Below, one piece after another: positions 58,374 to 64,000 of a stretch of DNA of 64,000 bases. Position 1 is the stretch's first letter; each line of letters starts with the position of its first letter. The notes beneath the pieces were generated by a model. The model ran no database searches. It had not been told where the DNA came from and was given only the letters and a program-made list of their open reading frames with translations. The position numbers and the translations under genes are program-made. The stretch spans positions 33,598 through 97,597 of the forward strand of contig CAZCYD010000003.1 of the NCBI GenBank assembly GCA_964502735.1, read 5' to 3'. The stretch comes from an uncultured Pseudobdellovibrionaceae bacterium. GTDB lineage: Bacteria > Bdellovibrionota > Bdellovibrionia > Bdellovibrionales > UBA1609.

Positions 58374-58479
58374 GGGGTAGATATCTACTCACGCCGTCAT
58401 TTTTTTAAATTTAAAGTTGGAAAATTTGTAAGTTCAGCTCTACAATGTAAGTGAATTCAACAGCTTAGAGGACGTAAAT

Positions 58480-58755
58480 ATGACCAAAGCAGATTTAATA
58501 AACATCATCTCCGAAAGAGCGGGAATTACAAGGGTCAAGGCAGAAACCGTAGTCAATACAATATTTGACTCTATGGTTGAGGCCTTAATGAAGGATGACC
58601 GCATCGAAATCCGTGGCTTTGGATCATTTGTGAATAGAGAATATGAGTCTTATCAAGGGCGAAATCCCCGAACTGGCGAGGTCATCGACGTAAAAAATAA
58701 AAAGCTGCCTTTCTTTAAAGTCGGCAAAGAACTCAAAGACGAAATCAATAAATAG
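58480..58755 (+). CDS. ihfB: HU/IHF nucleoid protein, IHF-beta-like
   Basis: MTKADLI, RIEIRGFGSF, GRNPRTGE, FFKVGKEL. Confidence 0.9.
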   Translation: MTKADLINIISERAGITRVKAETVVNTIFDSMVEALMKDDRIEIRGFGSFVNREYESYQGRNPRTGEVIDVKNKKLPFFKVGKELKDEINK

Positions 58756-58766
58756 CAATAAAAGAA

Positions 58767-59756
58767 TCATTCACTCTTAGAAAAGAGCTTGAATTCTTTT
58801 ATTGCATTCAAACCTGTAAAGGCCATAAATAGTCTTTCCATACCGAGAGCAATTCCCGAACAGCGAGGAAGCCCCTTCTTAATCAGTGAAAAAAAATCTT
58901 CATCTCTACCCAAATTAGGAAGTCCCCTTTTTTTTCTGTTCAAACCAATTTGTTTCCACCTTTTTTCGTGCTCTTCATAGTCTACAAGCTCGCAAAAGGC
59001 ATTAGCTAGCTCCACCCCCTCCATATAGAGCTCAAATCTATCAGACCACCCCTCCTTATTAGCTTGAGCCAGAGATAAGGACCCGATGGGGTAAGAGTGG
59101 ACAAAAACCCAAGAGTTCTTTTCTATTTTGAAAGAGGGCTCAATCTTGTGAACAAAAATCCAATCTAAAAGCTCGTTGACACTTTCACTCCCATCTGGAT
59201 GCAGGCCTAAAGATCGAGCCAACCCTGAGACTTCCGCTAAAGTTGAAGTTGGAGTTAAATTAAACCCTGTATTCTTCGAAATCAATTCCGCATAGGACAA
59301 CTCTTGCCAAGTGGGGGGCTGTTCAGTACGGCACCACCAACCACGGTTCCCCAAGTATTCAATTAATGCTTTTACGTCATTTTTTATGTCTGAAAGCTGA
59401 GCCCCTGTCCGGTACCACTCTAGCATTGTAAACTCAGGCTCGTGGTGTGGACTGAGCTCTCCATTTCGGAAGCAACTTTTAATTTCAAAGATTTCTTGAA
59501 ACCCCATAGCCATGAGTTTTTTAAGGTGAATCTCTGGACTAGTCGGCAAATAGTACGTTTTTTGTCTCGAACCGTGGTAGAAGACCGTAGAAAAGGGCTC
59601 TAGGTGCTCTTCAAAGGCGGGTCCATCTACGAAATAAGGCGTTTCTACCTCTAGCAGACCCATTCTGCGCATTGTATCCCGTACGTCAGATTTAAAATTC
59701 AACCATTGCTCATAATAAAATAACTGTTCTTTTTCTCTCATTTGTACTACCAACAA
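58767..59756 (-). CDS. epmA: EF-P lysine aminoacylase (GenX/PoxA)
   Basis: LEVETP, YLPTSPEIHLKKL, FRNGE..HEPEFTMLEWY, RFELY..GVELAN.F.EL, SGIALGMERL. Confidence 0.93.
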   Translation of the reverse strand: MLVVQMREKEQLFYYEQWLNFKSDVRDTMRRMGLLEVETPYFVDGPAFEEHLEPFSTVFYHGSRQKTYYLPTSPEIHLKKLMAMGFQEIFEIKSCFRNGELSPHHEPEFTMLEWYRTGAQLSDIKNDVKALIEYLGNRGWWCRTEQPPTWQELSYAELISKNTGFNLTPTSTLAEVSGLARSLGLHPDGSESVNELLDWIFVHKIEPSFKIEKNSWVFVHSYPIGSLSLAQANKEGWSDRFELYMEGVELANAFCELVDYEEHEKRWKQIGLNRKKRGLPNLGRDEDFFSLIKKGLPRCSGIALGMERLFMAFTGLNAIKEFKLFSKSE

Positions 59757-59825
59757 ATTGTTCTTTAATGGCTGTTGTAATTTAGAGACTTTTTTTTTTC
59801 ATGAATAATCGGAGCGTGACAACCA

Positions 59826-60164
59826 ATGTCAACCAGTTCACACCTTGTATATGAAGTTAATTTGTTTATTGATTCTCAACTGGAGGATCGGTTTTTAACT
59901 TGGCTAAAACTCCACATTCAAGAAATGTTGGAAGTTTCTGGCGCCAAAGAGGCCAAACTCTTTAAAGTCCGTAATCTGAATTTGGAAAATCTTGATTTAG
60001 GGAAAGCGGATAAGATTTGTGTTACAGCTCAATATGTTTTTCCAAGTCGGGCTGTACTCGACAACTACTTTGAACAACAGGCCTCAAATATGAGAAAAAA
60101 AGGGATTGAAGAATTTGGAGAAGCCTTCTCTGCGTCGAGAAGAATTCTTTTCTCATTAACTTGA
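59826..60164 (+). CDS. DUF4286-like dimeric alpha/beta protein
   Basis: VYEVNL...FLTWL..HIQEML...QY...LDNYF...MR..G...FG. Confidence 0.75.
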   Translation: MSTSSHLVYEVNLFIDSQLEDRFLTWLKLHIQEMLEVSGAKEAKLFKVRNLNLENLDLGKADKICVTAQYVFPSRAVLDNYFEQQASNMRKKGIEEFGEAFSASRRILFSLT

Positions 60165-60220
60165 CTTCAGAATATTTAAAGTCGAATTTAGTGCTGCTAA
60201 CAGGCAAAAAGGAGTAAAGA

Positions 60221-60646
60221 ATGGATTTATTATCAATAAACTGGGATAAGATTAAAAAAGAGGCGGTTCGCCTTAGTGATTTTGCTGTTCTTAAAAAAGA
60301 ACTCTCAAAGCTAAGCAAAGATATACAATCATTTGATCTCACTCAACACCTTTCACCTTCAGCAAGAAAGCGTGTTAGCGAATTCGAAAAGGCTTATAAC
60401 CAAGTTCTAGCAAAAATCAATCGGGCACAACGCCAGTTTGACAGAGAACTCAATAAAGCTCTTCAGCAATTAAAAAGAACTCGTGTGGAAGCAGAAAAGC
60501 AAGTTGAGAGGGTCCGAAAAAAAGCTGAGCAACACAAAACAAAAGTTCAAAAGACAACAACGCAAGTAAAAAAGAAGAAAAAGGTTACGAAGTCAGGATC
60601 TGCGGCAACCCAAAAAAGAGCAGCAAGAAAAAAGAAAACAACTTGA
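60221..60646 (+). CDS. Coiled-coil hypothetical protein with a Lys/Ala/Thr-rich basic tail
   Basis: SD AGGAG; tail KVQKTTTQVKKKKKVTKSGSAATQKRAARKKKTT. Confidence 0.75.
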   Translation: MDLLSINWDKIKKEAVRLSDFAVLKKELSKLSKDIQSFDLTQHLSPSARKRVSEFEKAYNQVLAKINRAQRQFDRELNKALQQLKRTRVEAEKQVERVRKKAEQHKTKVQKTTTQVKKKKKVTKSGSAATQKRAARKKKTT

Positions 60647-60775
60647 TTAGCTTAGTTGAATTGGCCTTTCAGGAAAAACTTGTTTAAGTTCAACTCTCTT
60701 AGGACTCTTTATTTAAATAAAGAGGTCATTCGGGATTGAACTTTTACATCTTCAGTTTGAGCGCTCGGATATTTG

Positions 60776-60801
60776 TTAGTTGATTAATATTAATCAACTA
60801 A
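60776..60801. promoter_or_regulatory. Perfect 26-bp palindrome upstream of gcvP
   Basis: TTAGTTGATTAAT-ATTAATCAACTAA seen directly. Confidence 0.6.
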
Positions 60802-60832
60802 TATTTAAGTCATTAGGTGGTTTTTTATCATT

Positions 60833-60908
60833 TGAAATATGAAATATGAAATATGTTTGAAATAGGCTTTTAAAATACTAGAAATAAAAATAAAAATAAA
60901 AATAAAAT
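60833..60908. repeat. Short tandem repeats (TGAAATA)x3+1 and (TAAAAA)x3-4
   Basis: tgaaata at 60833, 60840, 60847 and 60858; aaaaat units at about 60885-60908. Confidence 0.8.
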
Positions 60909-60920
60909 ATAGGGGGAATT

Positions 60921-63776
60921 TTGAAAACTCCAAACAACTCTTTTTCTCAAAGACACATAGGACCCAGTCCACTCGAACAGGCCCAAATGCTAGCTGAGTT
61001 GAAGGTCAAAAGCCTTGATGAGCTCATTGATAAGGCTGTTCCTCCGAATATCCGCACAAATAGTCAGCTTGATTTACAATCGGGTATAAGCGAGTCTGAG
61101 CTCCTCATCAAAGCTAAATCCCTTGCCTCTAAAAATAAGAATTTTAAATCTTATATTGGTCTTGGGTACTATGGGACACAAACGCCAGGAGTCATTCAGA
61201 GAAATATCCTTGAAAACCCACTTTGGTATACAGCATACACTCCTTACCAAGCTGAAATTTCTCAAGGCCGAATGGAAGCCCTATTAAATTTTCAAACTTT
61301 AATTATGGAACTCACGGCTCTGCCCGTGGCCAACGCTTCACTCTTGGATGAAGGCACAGCCGTAGCCGAAGCCATGAGCATGGCTTACAACATACAAAAG
61401 AAAAATCTTAAAAAAAAGATTGCTGTCGACCCCTATATATTTCCACAAACACTGGCTGTTCTAAAAACACGGGCCGAACACCTTGGTATAGAGGTAGAAA
61501 CTCTAAACCTTGATTCTTCTCACAGATTGACTACGGATGACCGCGAAATAAAAGATTATTTTGCCCTTATCCTACAATATCCAAATGCCATTGGCGAAGT
61601 CTGTGACTACTCTAGGTTAACAAGTGAATTCCAATCCATCGGAGCCAAAGTTATTGCCTCATCTGATCTCTTATCATTGTGCCTTGTAAAAGCTCCGGGA
61701 GAATGGGGGGCCGACATAACAGTGGGATCCTCTCAAAGGTTTGGCGTACCTCTTGGCTTTGGAGGACCTCATGCCGCCTACATGGCCTGTACAGAAGAGT
61801 TTATGAGACTCATTCCGGGAAGAATTATTGGCCTTTCAAAGGACAGCCAGAACAGACCCGCGCTGCGGTTGTCTCTGCAAACTCGCGAGCAGCATATTCG
61901 TCGTGAAAAAGCGACCAGCAACATTTGTACGGCCCAAGTGCTCCTGGCTGTAATGGCCTCTATGTACGGAGTTTATCACGGCCCTCAAGGTTTAAAGCAA
62001 ATCGCATCTGACATACATGATAAAACTAAAAAGCTATATTCAGGCTTGCTGAAAAAAGGTTATAAAATTTTGACATCCCAGTTCTTTGATACGCTTGCCA
62101 TTCGAATGGAGAAAGGCTCAACAGATTATACAATCAAAAAAGCCCTGGAAAAATCTATTAATTTAGGTCGATGGAATGAAGATACTCTGCTAATTAGTTT
62201 AGATGAAACTACTCTTCTAGCCGACCTAGCTGAAATCTTTTCTATTTTTGGCATTGAAGAGTCTGTTGACGATGAGACTCTCTCTGAAGTTCAGCTTTCA
62301 AGCTCAGTGACTCGCACTAGCAATTTTTTGCAGCAAAAAGTATTTAACTCTTACCACTCTGAAACTGAGATGCTGAGGTATATCACCGAACTGCAAAGTA
62401 AAGATCTCACTCTAGCCCATGCTATGATTCCACTTGGCTCTTGCACTATGAAACTCAATGCCACAACAGAAATGATGCCCATTACTTGGAGTGAGTTCTC
62501 AAACATTCACCCCTTTGCTCCTCAAGATCAAACTCTTGGATATCTCGAACTTATTCACCAACTTGAAAACTGGCTATCTGAAATTACAGGCTTTGCAGGG
62601 GTCTCTCTACAACCAAACGCAGGCTCTCAAGGTGAATATGCAGGACTTCTTGTTATAAAAAAGTATTTAAAAACAATAAATCAGGAGCAACGGAATATTT
62701 GCCTTATACCTAGTTCAGCTCACGGCACTAACCCAGCCAGTGCAGTAATGGCAGGACTTAAAGTTGTTGTAGTGAAATGTGATGATGACGGCAACGTCGA
62801 TCTCACAGATCTTAAAAATAAAATTGATGATAATCGTGACCATCTTGCAGCTCTAATGATCACCTACCCTTCTACACATGGTGTTTTTGAAACATCAATA
62901 AGTAAAATTTGCGAATGGGTTCATCAAGCTGGTGGCCAAGTTTATATGGATGGGGCTAACTTGAATGCACTTGTTGGAGTCGCTCAACCAGGAAAGTTTG
63001 GTCCGGATGTTTGTCACCTAAATTTACATAAGACATTCTGTATTCCTCACGGTGGCGGAGGCCCTGGAATAGGCCCAATTGGAGTCGCCCCACATCTTGT
63101 TCAGTTTTTACCTGGCCACCCTCTTGTCAACTATTGCGGAGGTCAGGACAGCATAGGGTCTATATCTGCCGCCCCTTGGGGGAGTGCAGGAATTTTACCG
63201 ATATCATGGGCCTATGTTGCAATGATGGGAAGAGAAGGACTAACAGAAGCCACTAGAGTCGCCATTTTAAATGCTAATTATATTTCAAAAAAGCTTGAAC
63301 CTTATTATCCCATTCTCTACAAAGGACAAGGGGGTTGGGTAGCACACGAGTGCATCATTGATGCTCGTCATTTTAAATCTACCTGCGGCATTACTGTTGA
63401 CGACATCGCAAAAAGACTCATCGATTATGGCTTTCACGCGCCGACCATGTCCTGGCCTGTTGCTGGAACCCTTATGATTGAACCTACAGAAAGTGAATCT
63501 AAAGCAGAATTGGATCGATTTATTGGGGCCATGATTTCAATAAGACAAGAGATCAGCGAAATCGAAGATGGTAAAGCTGATAAAGAAAACAATGTCTTAA
63601 AAAACTCCCCTCACTGTTTATCTCATATGACTAGTGACGATTGGAACCATCCTTACAGTCGAGAGAAAGCCGCCTATCCAGTCTCGTCCCTAAAGCAGAA
63701 AAAATTCTGGGCCCCCGTCGGCAGAGTCGACAATGCCTACGGCGACAGAAATCTGGTCTGTGGTTGCACCAGTTAA
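60921..63776 (+). CDS. gcvP: Glycine dehydrogenase (decarboxylating), single-chain P protein
   Basis: [72 protein letters not shown]. Confidence 0.99.
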   Translation: MKTPNNSFSQRHIGPSPLEQAQMLAELKVKSLDELIDKAVPPNIRTNSQLDLQSGISESELLIKAKSLASKNKNFKSYIGLGYYGTQTPGVIQRNILENPLWYTAYTPYQAEISQGRMEALLNFQTLIMELTALPVANASLLDEGTAVAEAMSMAYNIQKKNLKKKIAVDPYIFPQTLAVLKTRAEHLGIEVETLNLDSSHRLTTDDREIKDYFALILQYPNAIGEVCDYSRLTSEFQSIGAKVIASSDLLSLCLVKAPGEWGADITVGSSQRFGVPLGFGGPHAAYMACTEEFMRLIPGRIIGLSKDSQNRPALRLSLQTREQHIRREKATSNICTAQVLLAVMASMYGVYHGPQGLKQIASDIHDKTKKLYSGLLKKGYKILTSQFFDTLAIRMEKGSTDYTIKKALEKSINLGRWNEDTLLISLDETTLLADLAEIFSIFGIEESVDDETLSEVQLSSSVTRTSNFLQQKVFNSYHSETEMLRYITELQSKDLTLAHAMIPLGSCTMKLNATTEMMPITWSEFSNIHPFAPQDQTLGYLELIHQLENWLSEITGFAGVSLQPNAGSQGEYAGLLVIKKYLKTINQEQRNICLIPSSAHGTNPASAVMAGLKVVVVKCDDDGNVDLTDLKNKIDDNRDHLAALMITYPSTHGVFETSISKICEWVHQAGGQVYMDGANLNALVGVAQPGKFGPDVCHLNLHKTFCIPHGGGGPGIGPIGVAPHLVQFLPGHPLVNYCGGQDSIGSISAAPWGSAGILPISWAYVAMMGREGLTEATRVAILNANYISKKLEPYYPILYKGQGGWVAHECIIDARHFKSTCGITVDDIAKRLIDYGFHAPTMSWPVAGTLMIEPTESESKAELDRFIGAMISIRQEISEIEDGKADKENNVLKNSPHCLSHMTSDDWNHPYSREKAAYPVSSLKQKKFWAPVGRVDNAYGDRNLVCGCTS

Positions 63777-63789
63777 ATCAAAAAAACGC

Positions 63790-63830
63790 AAAAAAAAAGC
63801 CACAGCCAACGTGGAGTTGTCGGCTGTGGC
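63790..63830 (-). terminator. Rho-independent terminator on the minus strand
   Basis: Minus strand GCCACAGCC...GGCTGTGGC hairpin followed by T9; no U-tract on the plus strand. Confidence 0.8.
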
Positions 63831-63945
63831 TGGTCAGTAACTCACTCTCTCTCAGGAGCGGGGTAGCCCCGCTACACCGTCAGGGGGGCAACCCAAACAC
63901 ACCTAGCGATATTTCTGACTTCCTTTCTCGTTTTTCACCGAGAAA
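63790..63945 (-). ncRNA. Candidate small structured RNA (~155 nt)
   Basis: -10 TATGCT at 63952-63957, GC-rich hairpins, intrinsic terminator, no convincing ORF. Confidence 0.4.
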
Positions 63946-64000
63946 ATTTTTAGCATAACTACGTCCAGGTACCTGACACAAAAAATCATTACACGAAAAC

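Noticed and set aside
2965-62000. The many short ORFs in the track that overlap long genes (e.g. 5160-5561, 11362-11823, 16675-17025, 46225-46689, 50336-50650, 51968-52279)
   Set aside because: They lie antisense or out of frame inside well-supported genes and show no recognisable motifs.
63841-63856. CTCTCAGG resembling the glycine riboswitch 3' motif
   Set aside because: It is downstream of gcvP rather than upstream, and the GGAGA...CCGAAG core is absent.
63641-63958. Plus-strand 105-aa ORF overlapping the gcvP end
   Set aside because: It runs through a terminator hairpin and poly-A tract, overlaps gcvP out of frame, and has no protein-like features.
1-64000. CRISPR arrays, IS elements, integrases, prophage, rRNA/tRNA
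   Set aside because: No regularly spaced repeats, transposase/integrase motifs, phage genes or RNA-gene signatures were seen.

Overview
AT-rich core-genome segment that looks like a Bdellovibrionota (Bdellovibrio-like predator) chromosome. The taxon is inferred from gene content and order, not from a database search. From left to right: a truncated rpoN, lptB and a fused LptC-LptA-like gene; a GYF-GYF-PilZ protein; a consolidated 9-gene Agl-Glt (gliding-type) motor locus (4279-15685); nfeD/SPFH; engB-kdsB-pyrG-kdsD; an FHA sigma54 activator; fliL; polA-XRE-csp-ftsB-eno; a pseudo-histidine kinase; an orphan cpaF/tadA operon; PIN-PhoH; PilZ; TonB/OMP/aminopeptidase; an ECF sigma pair; two diguanylate cyclases (one DgcB-like FHA-GGDEF) flanking a metallophosphoesterase; pfkB-type kinase and rlmN; lemA/M48; a tandem-zincin secreted protease; heptose kinase; gdhA-pyrD-mutT-glycosyltransferases-ihfB; epmA; and gcvP. 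I found no tRNA, rRNA, CRISPR array, integrase or transposase. The most interesting signals are non-coding or architectural: (1) a candidate ~155-nt structured small RNA with its own promoter and terminator just past gcvP; (2) sigma28-type promoters in front of c-di-GMP and Tad genes; (3) many apparently leaderless genes; (4) a coiled-coil/GGDEF/phosphoesterase/FHA-GGDEF module with a recurring [DE]KT motif, suggesting a phospho-Thr/c-di-GMP switch; and (5) an apparent GltD-GltE fusion. All promoter, fold and function calls are by-eye pattern matches and need computational or experimental confirmation.
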